Source: Lachnospiraceae bacterium
Lineage (GTDB): Bacteria > Bacillota > Clostridia > Lachnospirales > Lachnospiraceae
Direction: 5' to 3'
Assembly (NCBI GenBank): GCA_017619635.1
Contig: JAFZRZ010000064.1
Location: 20,707-84,706 of the forward strand
DNA length: 64,000 nt
Part shown: positions 53,846 through 63,807 of the stretch, piece after piece
How the letters are laid out: every line of letters starts with the position of its first letter
Numbering within the stretch: the stretch's first letter is position 1
Made by a program: the position numbers and the translations under genes
The notes under the pieces: model-generated
Databases searched by the model: none
What the model saw: the letters and a program-made list of their open reading frames with translations, nothing else
Told to the model about the DNA's origin: nothing

Positions 53846-55116
53846 TCATAAATGATATGTATGAAAGAATGGGTATCACACCCGAGACAACAAAAAAAGG
53901 TCAAGAGATATGTGATCTGTTAAGGGAAAGATTTGCTCTTATAGATCAGACAGCCGAATATAACCAGCTTAAGGTATTAAACGCATTCAGAGACTGCAAG
54001 GTGTCGGAAGCATGTCTTTACGGTACCACGGGATACGGATACAACGATATTGGCAGGGATACGCTGGAAGACGTTTATGCACATATATTCAATACCGAGG
54101 CAGCTCTTGTAAGACCACAGATAACATGCGGAACACATGCGCTCGCACTTGCTCTTATGAGCAATCTGCGACCGGGGGATGAGCTTTTGAGTCCTGTGGG
54201 AAAACCGTATGACACTCTTGAAGAGGTTATAGGTATAAGAGAGAGTAAAGGCTCTTTAAAGGAATACGGTATCTCATACAGACAGGTGGATCTTTTGGAA
54301 GATTCGTCTTTTGATTATGAGAAGATAAAAGATGCTATAAATGATAAGACCAGACTTGTCACCATACAAAGATCAAAGGGATATCAGACAAGAAAGACAT
54401 TCTCTGTTGAAGAGATAGGAAAACTCATAGCATTTGTCAAGGATATTAAACCGGATGTCATCTGCATGGTCGATAACTGTTACGGTGAATTTGTTGAGAC
54501 TGTAGAACCGACGGATGTCGGAGCAGACATGGTGGTCGGAAGTCTTATAAAGAATCCTGGCGGCGGACTTGCGCCAATAGGTGGTTATATAGCAGGAAGA
54601 AAAGACTGTATAGAAAATGCGGCTTACAGACTGACTTCACCGGGGCTTGGTAAAGAAGTCGGAGCAAGCCTTGGCATTCTAAAAGATTTCTATCAGGGAC
54701 TTTTCCTTGCGCCCACAGTGGTCGCAAGTGCATTAAAGACTTCGATCTTTGCAGCCAATCTTTTTGAAAAGGCTGGTTTTAAAGTGGTCCCCGATTCCAA
54801 TGAATCAAGACACGATATCATCCAGGCCATAACTCTTGGAAATGAGGAGAGAGTCTGCGCATTCTGCGAGGGAATACAGGCTACAGCACCTGTCGACAGC
54901 TTTGTTACCCCCGAACCCTGGGATATGCCAGGATATGATGCAAAGGTCATCATGGCTGCCGGTGCTTTCGTATCGGGAAGCTCTATAGAGTTATCTGCGG
55001 ACGGACCGATAAAACCTCCATTTGCCGTATACTTCCAGGGCGGACTTACATGGCCTCACGGCAAGGCAGGTATACTAAAAGCATATCAGACTATGGCAGA
55101 CAGAGGACTTTTGTGA
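53842..55116 (+). CDS. YnbB-like PLP-dependent protein (aluminium-resistance / methionine gamma-lyase family, COG4100)
   Basis: Contains GTTGYGYNDIGRDTLE, RPQITCGTHAL and GSLIKNPGGGLAP. The position directly after miaA is typical for this family in Firmicutes. Confidence 0.8.
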   Translation: MIINDMYERMGITPETTKKGQEICDLLRERFALIDQTAEYNQLKVLNAFRDCKVSEACLYGTTGYGYNDIGRDTLEDVYAHIFNTEAALVRPQITCGTHALALALMSNLRPGDELLSPVGKPYDTLEEVIGIRESKGSLKEYGISYRQVDLLEDSSFDYEKIKDAINDKTRLVTIQRSKGYQTRKTFSVEEIGKLIAFVKDIKPDVICMVDNCYGEFVETVEPTDVGADMVVGSLIKNPGGGLAPIGGYIAGRKDCIENAAYRLTSPGLGKEVGASLGILKDFYQGLFLAPTVVASALKTSIFAANLFEKAGFKVVPDSNESRHDIIQAITLGNEERVCAFCEGIQATAPVDSFVTPEPWDMPGYDAKVIMAAGAFVSGSSIELSADGPIKPPFAVYFQGGLTWPHGKAGILKAYQTMADRGLL

Positions 55117-55230
55117 TAAAATTATAAAGTTATATGTTCGTAAGAATGATGGATCCGGTATGAATTAAGAGCCGGTATTAATAAATCTTATGTCTAAAGA
55201 CGGGATATATTTGAAAGGAGCTAACTTAAA

Positions 55231-56238
55231 GTGGCCAACAGTTTTGGAATAGATTTGGGAACAAGCAATATAAAGATATTCAGTGAGGAGAGCAAGAGTA
55301 TCTTTGTTGAAAGAAATATGATAGCCATTGAGAACAAGAGAAATCTTCTGGCATACGGTGATTCGGCTTATGCGATGTATGAGAAATCACCCGCTAACAT
55401 CGTGGCATCATATCCGGTATGCAACGGCGTTATAGCAGATATCCAGAACATGGAGACTCTTATAAAGTATTTCATAACAGATCTTTCGAAGGGCAGCTTA
55501 AAGCCTGCGGATTTTTATGTGGCTGTTCCTACCGATGTTACTGAAGTTGAAAAGAAAGCATTTTATGATCTTATAAAAGAGGCAGGTGTAAAAGCTCACA
55601 AGATCATGGTCGTTGAAAAAGCCATAGCAGACGGTGTCGGCCTTGGAATAGATGTAAAGAACAGCCAGGGTGTCATGGTAGTCAACGTTGGATATGCAAC
55701 GACCGAGATATCCATACTTTCACTGGGTGGTATCGTTTTAAGCCGTCTTATCAAGGTGGGCGGATACAAGTTCGGTGAAGCGATAAGAAACATAATCAGA
55801 AAAGAGTACAGCCTGATCATAGGTGAAAAGAGTGCCGAAAAGACGATGGAACAGATGTTGGAGCTTGAAAGAAGCGGAGAACCCGCTCTTGTATTCGGAA
55901 GAGATATAGTTTCAGGCCTTCCGATAGAGAGACAGATACCGACAAAGCTTTTGGATGAGAGCCTTCTTGAACTGTTCTCACAGGTTATAGACAACATCAA
56001 GGTGATCTTGGAGCGTACTCCTCCGGAACTGGGTGCCGATATAAGAAGACAGGGCATATATCTTACCGGCGGAGCTTCACAGGTCGTAAGACTTGCACCG
56101 CTTATCGAGCGTGCAACGGATCTTAGAGTAAACATTCCCGATGAACCCACGACTACCGTGGCACTGGGTCTTGCAAAGGTAATCAAAGACAGTAAGTTCA
56201 ATTCTCTTGCTTATGTGATCGAAGGGATGGGCAGATGA
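55231..56238 (+). CDS. mreB: Rod shape-determining protein MreB
   Basis: AAGGAG RBS with a GTG start. Actin-like motifs GIDLGTSN, VVNVGYATTEIS and IYLTGGASQV are present. Confidence 0.92.
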   Translation: MANSFGIDLGTSNIKIFSEESKSIFVERNMIAIENKRNLLAYGDSAYAMYEKSPANIVASYPVCNGVIADIQNMETLIKYFITDLSKGSLKPADFYVAVPTDVTEVEKKAFYDLIKEAGVKAHKIMVVEKAIADGVGLGIDVKNSQGVMVVNVGYATTEISILSLGGIVLSRLIKVGGYKFGEAIRNIIRKEYSLIIGEKSAEKTMEQMLELERSGEPALVFGRDIVSGLPIERQIPTKLLDESLLELFSQVIDNIKVILERTPPELGADIRRQGIYLTGGASQVVRLAPLIERATDLRVNIPDEPTTTVALGLAKVIKDSKFNSLAYVIEGMGR

Positions 56239-57101
56239 GTCCTATCGTTAAGAAGAAAAGGGAACATTACGTTCTTCCAACAAAATATGTGCTGCTTATA
56301 TTGACACTCCTTTGTGTGGTTACCATGGTTGTGTCGTTTTCTACAGACATTTTTACAAAACCGCTTAGTACCATAAGCGGTTATGTTGTTGTACCCTTTC
56401 AAAAGGGTCTGACGGGTGTTGGTTCTTATATCTTAAACAGGACTGAGAATTTTAAGAACCTTCAGAATGTCATGGAAGAGAACGAGCAGTTAAAGATAAT
56501 GGTCGACAATCTCACAAAAGAGAATATCGAGCTTGCACAGGACAAGTATGAGCTCACTAAGTTACGTGAGCTGTATGAACTTGACAAGGAATACGAGGAG
56601 TATACAAAAGTAGGTGCGAGGATAATCGCAAGGGATACGGGAAACTGGTATTCAAACTTCATCATAGACAAGGGCTCTGATGACGGTGTTCAGGTTAACT
56701 GTAACATAATCGCAGGAAACGGTCTTGTGGGAAGAGTTGTCGCAGTCGGACCCAATTATGCGAAGGTAACATCGATAATCTCCGACAATGTAAACACAAG
56801 CGCCATGATACTGGCAACGGGTGACAACCTTCTGGTAACAGGCGATCTTGAGATGATGAGTAAGAATCTCATACCTTTTTCAAGACTCTATGATGACAAG
56901 GAAAGAGTCACTATCGGTGACAAGATCGTTACATCAAATATAAGCGATAAGTATCTTCCGGGGCTTTTGGTCGGATATGTTTCGACTATTTCAACAGATT
57001 CAAACAATCTGACAAAATCAGGAACGCTGATACCTGCAGTGGATTTCAAACATCTCGAGGAAGTGCTTGTCATAATGGAACTTAAGGAGACGGTGGAATA
57101 G
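56235..57101 (+). CDS. mreC: Rod shape-determining protein MreC
   Basis: It has a TM helix, the coiled coil ENEQLKIMVDNLTKENIELAQDKYELTKLRELYEL, and beta-domains with GLVGRVVAVGPNYAKVTSI and PGLLVGYV. Confidence 0.85.
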   Translation: MSPIVKKKREHYVLPTKYVLLILTLLCVVTMVVSFSTDIFTKPLSTISGYVVVPFQKGLTGVGSYILNRTENFKNLQNVMEENEQLKIMVDNLTKENIELAQDKYELTKLRELYELDKEYEEYTKVGARIIARDTGNWYSNFIIDKGSDDGVQVNCNIIAGNGLVGRVVAVGPNYAKVTSIISDNVNTSAMILATGDNLLVTGDLEMMSKNLIPFSRLYDDKERVTIGDKIVTSNISDKYLPGLLVGYVSTISTDSNNLTKSGTLIPAVDFKHLEEVLVIMELKETVE

Positions 57102-57102
57102 T

Positions 57103-57633
57103 ATGAAAAAAGAGATCTTATCCGTCTTTTTACTCATAGTAAGTTTTCTGCTTCAGTCGACACTGTTAAGCAGATTCACACTGGGTGGTATTGTGCCCAA
57201 TCTTATGATAGTCATGATAGCCACTTTGGGTTTTCTGCTCGGAAACAGGACCGGAATGTGGCTTGGTTTTGTTTTCGGCCTTCTTACGGATGTGTTTTTC
57301 GGAAATATCATAGGTTTCTATGCCTGCCTTTACATGTTCGTGGGATATCTTAACGGCGCATTTGAGAAGATCTTATTCTCGCATGACATCAAATTACCTT
57401 TGCTTTTGATCGTATGTACGGATTTTGTATATTCAAATGTATGTTATATACTTCTTTTCCTCTTAAAGGGAAAGTTTGACTATCTGTATTATTTGAGGGG
57501 AGTCATACTTCCGGAACTGATATACACGACCGTACTCGCATGCATCATCTATCCTTTCATACATTTCATATTTGAGAAGATAGATGCATTTGATTTGAAA
57601 CATAACGGAGAAACATATATTGAAGAGCAATAA
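57103..57633 (+). CDS. mreD: Rod shape-determining protein MreD
   Basis: 176 aa with 5-6 TM helices. The position after mreC and the motif GLLTDVFFGNIIGFYA support the call. Confidence 0.75.
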   Translation: MKKEILSVFLLIVSFLLQSTLLSRFTLGGIVPNLMIVMIATLGFLLGNRTGMWLGFVFGLLTDVFFGNIIGFYACLYMFVGYLNGAFEKILFSHDIKLPLLLIVCTDFVYSNVCYILLFLLKGKFDYLYYLRGVILPELIYTTVLACIIYPFIHFIFEKIDAFDLKHNGETYIEEQ

Positions 57634-60526
57634 AAACAGCGAAAGCTTTATGAATTCAATAAAGGGCCGCATGCTTGTATTGTTTATCTTTATCTTTCTC
57701 ATAGGATGCGGTCTTATAGCCCGTATATTCTACCTTCAGATCGTTCACGGCGAAGAGGCGCTGAACGATTTCACTTTAAGGATTCAAAAAGAGAGGACTA
57801 TATATCCTGCCAGGGGAAGGATATATGACAGGAACGGAAAACTCTTAGCATACAATGAGCTGGCCTACAATATCACCATCGAGGATGTTTATGAATCGGG
57901 CAGGGAGAAGAATAAACAGCTTAACACCACACTGTTAAACACGATCGAAATGATCGAATCAAACGGTGATACGGCGATAAGCGAATTCAACATCATCATC
58001 AATGAGGACGGTGAATTTGAATTTGCTGTAAGTGATTCGAAACTCAAGCGTTTCCTTGCGGATGTATACGGTCAGAAGGAGATATCTTCCTTAAAGTACG
58101 AGCAGGAGACGGCATCGGCCCAGGAAGTCATAGACTATCTGTGCGCATTCTCAAGATTCGGTATCGGTGAATATACCGATCCTGAAAATCCCAATGATAC
58201 TTTCATACCAGGAAAGGGATATACAAAGAAACAGATACTTCAGCTTGTTACCATAAGATATGCGATGAGATTAAACTCCTATCAGAAATATATCCCTACG
58301 GTCATTGCTTCTGATGTAAATGAAAAGACTGTTGCGACAGTACTTGAAAACTCTGAGGATCTGCCCGGTATCAACGTGGCTGAGGACAGTATAAGAAAGT
58401 ATAAAGACAGCAGATATTTCGCACAGATCATGGGTTACACCGGAAAGATCTCCGAGGAAGAGCTAGAGACACTAAACAATATGGAGATCACGGAAGCGAA
58501 TATCCGTACCACAAAAGCCAGAAACGATTACGCATTAAATGATAATGTCGGAAAATCCGGTATTGAGCAGACTATGGAAACATATCTGGCGGGAACAAAG
58601 GGACGTGAGACCATATATGTTAATAACCTCGGTAAGGTAATAGAGAGTAAGAAGACGGTAACACCTCTTGCGGGAAATGATGTCTATCTTACCATAGACA
58701 GGGATCTGCAGGTCGCCACATACAACATCCTAGAGCAGTACCTTGCGGGTATCCTGGTAAGTAAGATCCAGAACATAAGGGAATACAAGCCGACTGAGAA
58801 CACCAAAGCCAGCAATTTCATCATCCCCATAACGGATGTTTTATATCAGCTCTTTAACAACAACATAATAGATATCTCACACATGAAGAGTGAGGAGGCC
58901 GGAGAGAACGAGAAAGCTGTTTATGAAGCACTCACTTCAAAGACTGAAGAGGTCATGAACAGGTTAAGGGATGAGCTTACGGTCACAGAGACACCATATA
59001 TGAACCTTTCCGATGAGTATAAGGTCTATGAGAGCTTTATAACAACGATGCTCAGTGAGAACGGCATAACAAAGGAAAACGAGATCGACAGGGAGGATCC
59101 CACATATCTGGCCTGGAAAACAGAAGAGACGATCTCTCTTGCCGAATATTTAAGATATGCCATATCAATGAACTGGATCGAGGTTACAAAGATCGATATG
59201 GAAACGTCATACTCGGATTCCGATGAGGTTTACGAGAGACTGGTCGATTACATAATCGAGCATCTGGAAGCGAGCAACGCATTCTCAAAAAAGATGCTCA
59301 AGTACATGATAATATCCGACAGGATAACATACAGACAGATATGCAGCATCCTGCTTGAACAGGATGTGGTATCGATCGTCGAAGAGGAAAAGAACAAGTT
59401 CCTGGATGGAAGGACTTCTCCGTATGATTTTATGCTGTATCTTATAGAGAATCTTTACATCACTCCGGGACAGCTTGCACTTGACCCTTATTCGGCAAGC
59501 TGTGTAATAACTAGCACAAACGGAGAGGTGCTGGCTCTTGTGAGTTATCCTTCATATGATAACAACAGACTGGCCAACTCGATTGATGCCGAGTATTATG
59601 CAAGACTTCAGAATGACCTTTCAAAACCGCTTTGGAACTATGCAACCCAGCAAAAGACGGCTCCCGGATCCACATTTAAGATGGTCTCTGCGACAGCAGC
59701 TCTTGAGGAGGGCGTGGTATCAACAACGAGCACCATTACATGTAAGGGTTACTTTGATAAATTCGTGGATACGCAGTATCACTGCTGGATCTATCCGGGT
59801 TCACACGGAAGTCTTACAGTAACGGGCGGTATAGAAAACTCATGTAACAGTTTCTTTTATGAGGTCGGATATCAGTTAAGTATGATAGATGACAGATACA
59901 ATGAGACGACCGGTCTTAACAGACTTAATAAATATGCTTACATGTACGGATTAAACGAGAAATCTGGAATAGAGATAGAAGAATCGGAGCCTGAGTGCTC
60001 AGATGAATATCCTGTTTTGTCAGCCATCGGTCAGGGTACAAACAACTTTACCACAGTCGGGCTTGCAAGGTATGTGACGGCTGTTGCAAACAGCGGTACG
60101 GTATATAACCTGACACTGCTTGATAAGGTAACGGACTCAAACGATAATATAATCGTTGAGTATTCACCTTCGGTACATAACACGGTCTCACTTCCGACAG
60201 CATATTGGAATGCGATCCACCGCGGTATGAGAAACGTTGTTTTAAAGAAATCATATTATAACAATCTGGGTGTGAACGTCGCAGGCAAGACCGGTACCGC
60301 ACAGGAGAGCAAGAGCAGGACAAACCATGCTCTGTTTGTAAGCTATGCGCCCTATGAGAGCCCCGAGATATGCGTCTGCACGAGAATCGCTTTCGGATAT
60401 ACATCCGAATATGCGGCAAACGTTACCAGAGATATATACAAATATTATTATAAACTTGAAGATGAGGATGAGATCCTTTCAGGTACAGCTGCGGTTCCTG
60501 AAGCGGCTATAACGAATGCGGACTGA
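57620..60526 (+). CDS. mrdA: Penicillin-binding protein 2 (elongation-specific class B transpeptidase), extended form
   Basis: N-terminal anchor, and the pedestal motif PARGRIYDRNGKLLA. Transpeptidase motifs are STFK (Ser at about residue 684), SCN and KTGTA. The start is TTG 57620 or ATG 57650. Confidence 0.88.
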   Translation: MKSNKNSESFMNSIKGRMLVLFIFIFLIGCGLIARIFYLQIVHGEEALNDFTLRIQKERTIYPARGRIYDRNGKLLAYNELAYNITIEDVYESGREKNKQLNTTLLNTIEMIESNGDTAISEFNIIINEDGEFEFAVSDSKLKRFLADVYGQKEISSLKYEQETASAQEVIDYLCAFSRFGIGEYTDPENPNDTFIPGKGYTKKQILQLVTIRYAMRLNSYQKYIPTVIASDVNEKTVATVLENSEDLPGINVAEDSIRKYKDSRYFAQIMGYTGKISEEELETLNNMEITEANIRTTKARNDYALNDNVGKSGIEQTMETYLAGTKGRETIYVNNLGKVIESKKTVTPLAGNDVYLTIDRDLQVATYNILEQYLAGILVSKIQNIREYKPTENTKASNFIIPITDVLYQLFNNNIIDISHMKSEEAGENEKAVYEALTSKTEEVMNRLRDELTVTETPYMNLSDEYKVYESFITTMLSENGITKENEIDREDPTYLAWKTEETISLAEYLRYAISMNWIEVTKIDMETSYSDSDEVYERLVDYIIEHLEASNAFSKKMLKYMIISDRITYRQICSILLEQDVVSIVEEEKNKFLDGRTSPYDFMLYLIENLYITPGQLALDPYSASCVITSTNGEVLALVSYPSYDNNRLANSIDAEYYARLQNDLSKPLWNYATQQKTAPGSTFKMVSATAALEEGVVSTTSTITCKGYFDKFVDTQYHCWIYPGSHGSLTVTGGIENSCNSFFYEVGYQLSMIDDRYNETTGLNRLNKYAYMYGLNEKSGIEIEESEPECSDEYPVLSAIGQGTNNFTTVGLARYVTAVANSGTVYNLTLLDKVTDSNDNIIVEYSPSVHNTVSLPTAYWNAIHRGMRNVVLKKSYYNNLGVNVAGKTGTAQESKSRTNHALFVSYAPYESPEICVCTRIAFGYTSEYAANVTRDIYKYYYKLEDEDEILSGTAAVPEAAITNAD

Positions 60527-60555
60527 TCCTTAACCAAACAGAAAGGGATAATGAT

Positions 60556-61245
60556 ATGAGCCTGTCATCAATCAAAAGTTTTCAAAACGGTATCGCACTC
60601 CATCTTGATCCCAAAGCGGATTTTGAGGATGTTATCGCAGATATCGAGACAAGATTTGAGGAGTCCAGAAAATTCTTCAAAAATGCCAAGATGGCATTGT
60701 CGATCGAAGACAGAGTAGTCAGCGAGGAAGAGGAAAAGAGGATCGTAAGTGCCATAAACGATCACAGCGACATCAATCTTATCTGTATCGTCGGAAAGAA
60801 CGAGGAGACCAACCGCAAATATGTGAAGGCTCTTAAGAGAGTCGAGAGCGAGAGCGTCGAAAACAATACAAGGCTGTACGTCGGAAATATCGGCGAGGGC
60901 GATATCGTTGAGAGTGAGAAGAACCTCGTTGTATACGGCAATGTGGAGATGGGCGGTGCCGCGGCTGCAAAGGGCGATGTTATCGTGTTTGGAAATATAC
61001 TCGGACAGGTTTATGCGGGAATGAGCGGTGATGTCAACTCTGTTGTCATATGTCTCGGTGCCAATCCCATGACTGTGAGTATCGCAAATGTGAAATTCAA
61101 TGATAAGATCAAGCAGGGCTTTGGCAAGAAGGTTAAGTTTGCGCCCACGATATTTAAGAATACACTTGATAAGGTGATCTGTGAGCCTCTCAGTGAGGAG
61201 AGCTTAAGAGATCTTTATACAATGAAGAATGTTAAGACAGTATAA
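60556..61245 (+). CDS. minC: Septum site-determining protein MinC
   Basis: The N-terminal domain (GIALHLDPKADFEDVIADIETRFEESRKFF) is followed by the C-terminal beta-helix-type motif GNIGEGDIVESEKNLVVYGNVEMGGAAAAKGDVIVFGNILGQVYAG. Confidence 0.8.
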   Translation: MSLSSIKSFQNGIALHLDPKADFEDVIADIETRFEESRKFFKNAKMALSIEDRVVSEEEEKRIVSAINDHSDINLICIVGKNEETNRKYVKALKRVESESVENNTRLYVGNIGEGDIVESEKNLVVYGNVEMGGAAAAKGDVIVFGNILGQVYAGMSGDVNSVVICLGANPMTVSIANVKFNDKIKQGFGKKVKFAPTIFKNTLDKVICEPLSEESLRDLYTMKNVKTV

Positions 61246-62335
61246 GATAAAAAATTACAATTTCAAACTGATCCTATGGGTATTTGCACTGTCAGTCATA
61301 GGCTACCTGGTCATAGGAAGTGCCAGGCAGTCGGTTCAGGTCAGACAGATGTACGGAATCTTTGTCGGGATGATTTTGATGATAATCCTTTCACTGGTTA
61401 ATTATTCCGTATATTACTACATAAGATGGATAATCTACGGCTTTAACATAGTCGCGCTTTTGCTTGTGCTTTTTGCCGGTGTAGAGGTCAATGGTGCGCA
61501 TAGATGGCTCAACATCGGATTCCAGTTTCAGCCGTCCGAACTGGCAAAGATTTTATTGATTTTATTCTTTGCTCAGTTTATTATGAAAAATAAGGGTACT
61601 TTGAATTCTATACCCACGATAACGGCTATGTTAATGCTGCTTGCCGGTCCGATTTTACTCATATATAAGGAGCCTGATCTGTCCACGACGATCATGATCT
61701 TTATGATATTTGCGGTAATGCTTTTTGTCGGAGGATTAAGCTATAAGATCGTATTTACGATACTCGGTATAAGCGTTCCGGCTGGAGTTGTTTTCTTTTC
61801 AATTCTTTTGAGAGATGATGACAATATCCTTAAAGGATATCAGACAGGACGAATTCTTGCATGGCTCGATCCCGAGAAATATGCGGATACGACAGCTTAC
61901 CAGCAGATAAATTCAAGGATAGCCATAAGTTCGGGCCAGCTTGTCGGTAAAGGCTTAAACAATAATGTTATCAGTTCGGTTAAGAACGGTAACTTTATCT
62001 CTGAGCCGCAGACAGACTTTATCTATGCGATAGTAGGTGAGGAACTCGGATTTATAGGAGCTGCTGCCGTTATCATCCTGATACTTTTGATAGTTATCGA
62101 ATGTCTCAGGATAGCAAGGTATGCAAAAGACGATATGGGAGCACTCATATGTTCCGGAATGGCGGGACTTATCGCGCTTCAGGCTTTTATGAATATAGCC
62201 GTTGCCACAGGTTCGATGCCAAACACCGGTATCCCGCTTCCTTTTGTCAGTTACGGTCTGACCAGCCTTGTCAGTCTGTATATGGGGATAGGCGTAGTCC
62301 TTAATGTGGGGCTTCAAACTACAAAAACACATTAA
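61229..62335 (+). CDS. rodA: SEDS-family peptidoglycan polymerase RodA (FtsW/RodA/SpoVE family)
   Basis: About 10 TM helices. Motifs: FQPSELAKI, TDFIYAIVGEELGFIGA, TGIPLPFVSYGLTS. The position between the min and mgsA genes is typical of Clostridia. Confidence 0.88.
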   Translation: MLRQYKIKNYNFKLILWVFALSVIGYLVIGSARQSVQVRQMYGIFVGMILMIILSLVNYSVYYYIRWIIYGFNIVALLLVLFAGVEVNGAHRWLNIGFQFQPSELAKILLILFFAQFIMKNKGTLNSIPTITAMLMLLAGPILLIYKEPDLSTTIMIFMIFAVMLFVGGLSYKIVFTILGISVPAGVVFFSILLRDDDNILKGYQTGRILAWLDPEKYADTTAYQQINSRIAISSGQLVGKGLNNNVISSVKNGNFISEPQTDFIYAIVGEELGFIGAAAVIILILLIVIECLRIARYAKDDMGALICSGMAGLIALQAFMNIAVATGSMPNTGIPLPFVSYGLTSLVSLYMGIGVVLNVGLQTTKTH

Positions 62336-62364
62336 ATCTTTGGGGTAAACGGAGAAGGTAATCT

Positions 62365-62760
62365 ATGAATATTGCACTTATTGCGCATGATGCAAAGAAA
62401 AAACTCATGCAGAACTTTTGTATTGCCTACAGAGGCATTTTAAGCAAGAACAATCTGTATGCAACGGGTACGACCGGAAGGCTGATAGAAGAGGTTACAA
62501 ACTTAAATGTTCATAAATTCCTTGCTGGTCATCTTGGCGGTGAACAGCAGATCGGAGCACAGATCGAACACAACCAGATGGACCTTGTGATCTTTTTGCG
62601 TGATCCCTTAAATCCCAAGAGTCATGAGCCGGATGTGAACAATGTTGTGAAGCTGTGCGATATTCATAATATTCCGCTTGCAACAAATCTTGCTACTGCA
62701 GAATTACTTATAAAATCTCTTGACAGAGGAGATCTTGAGTGGCGTGAGATGTATAAATAG
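62365..62760 (+). CDS. mgsA: Methylglyoxal synthase
   Basis: Contains [29 protein letters not shown] and [11 protein letters not shown]. Length is 131 aa. Confidence 0.9.
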   Translation: MNIALIAHDAKKKLMQNFCIAYRGILSKNNLYATGTTGRLIEEVTNLNVHKFLAGHLGGEQQIGAQIEHNQMDLVIFLRDPLNPKSHEPDVNNVVKLCDIHNIPLATNLATAELLIKSLDRGDLEWREMYK

Positions 62761-63724
62761 ACTTAAAAAAACAATATCATATCTTCTGATATGCGCTGTG
62801 CTTTGCGTATCTTTCTGTGCCTGCGGCAGTTCTGATATACCGCTTGATTACAAAGTGGCAAACGATCTTTCCGTAAACGGCATAGAGAGCAAGGCTGAAG
62901 GGTTTTCATCAAATATAGCAGTTACAGATAAGGATGTGAACGGCAAAACCGGATTTGCTTTGGAAGAGGAATCGGCTGCCGGTCTTTTTGATGTGAATGC
63001 GAAACAGGTACTGTATGCCAAAAATGTTCATGAGCAGATGAATCCTGCGAGCCTTACCAAGGTCATGACAGCTATCTGTGCCTTAAAATACGGCAATCTT
63101 GAAGACACCATCATCTGTTCCGAGAATATCAACAATCTTGAGAGCGGAGCCTCAACCTGCGGATTAAAGCCGGGAGATAAGCTTACTCTTGAACAGGCAT
63201 TAAATTTTATGCTGCTGCCGTCTGCAAACGATGCGGCTATAGCTATAGCTGAGCATATTTCCGGTTCCGTTGATGAGTTTTCAAATCTTATGAACAGCGA
63301 GGCAAAAAAGCTTGGTGCCACAAACTCGCATTTTGTGAATCCTCACGGACTGACTGCAGAAGATCATTACACTACCGTATATGATATGTATCTGATCACA
63401 AATGAGGCGATACATTACAGCACATTTATGGATATCATCCAGCTCAGTGAGTATTCTGCAACGATCACCGACAAGAACGGCGGTGAAAAGAATATCGATG
63501 TCAAGAGCTCAAACAAGTTCCATGACGGCACATATACAGCTCCGGAGAGGATAACCGTTATCGGAGGAAAGACCGGAACAACAACGGCTGCAGGCTCATG
63601 TCTTGTACTGGTCACAAGAGATTCACAGGGCAATCCTTTTATTTCCGTGATATTGCATGCCAGTGAGAGAAGTGTTTTATACGATGAGATGGTGAAGCTT
63701 TTGGATGAGATAAATTCAAGGTAA
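62720..63724 (+). CDS. D-alanyl-D-alanine carboxypeptidase (S11 low-MW PBP), probable lipoprotein
   Basis: Motifs are SxxK ([10 protein letters not shown]), SxN (PSANDAA) and KTGTT. The signal/lipobox-like sequence is [16 protein letters not shown]. The start is uncertain (TTG 62720 or GTG 62744), and both overlap the mgsA end. Confidence 0.85.
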   Translation: MTEEILSGVRCINRLKKTISYLLICAVLCVSFCACGSSDIPLDYKVANDLSVNGIESKAEGFSSNIAVTDKDVNGKTGFALEEESAAGLFDVNAKQVLYAKNVHEQMNPASLTKVMTAICALKYGNLEDTIICSENINNLESGASTCGLKPGDKLTLEQALNFMLLPSANDAAIAIAEHISGSVDEFSNLMNSEAKKLGATNSHFVNPHGLTAEDHYTTVYDMYLITNEAIHYSTFMDIIQLSEYSATITDKNGGEKNIDVKSSNKFHDGTYTAPERITVIGGKTGTTTAAGSCLVLVTRDSQGNPFISVILHASERSVLYDEMVKLLDEINSR

Positions 63725-63730
63725 AAACAG

Positions 63731-63759
63731 TTGTCTTTTGAGTGGTGTTATCTTATAAT
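63731..63759 (+). promoter_or_regulatory. Candidate promoter for the last (partial) gene
   Basis: TTGTCT (63731-63736), a 17-nt spacer, then TATAAT (63754-63759). Confidence 0.4.
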
Positions 63760-63807
63760 ATCACTAGGGGTTATTGCTCAAATTTTTTCTTTACAGGAGG
63801 GCTACCA

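Noticed and set aside
55150-55180. A CCGGTA...CCGGTA pair between the ynbB-like gene and mreB, examined as a possible terminator hairpin.
   Set aside because: The elements are direct rather than inverted repeats. No stable stem followed by a T-run can be drawn.
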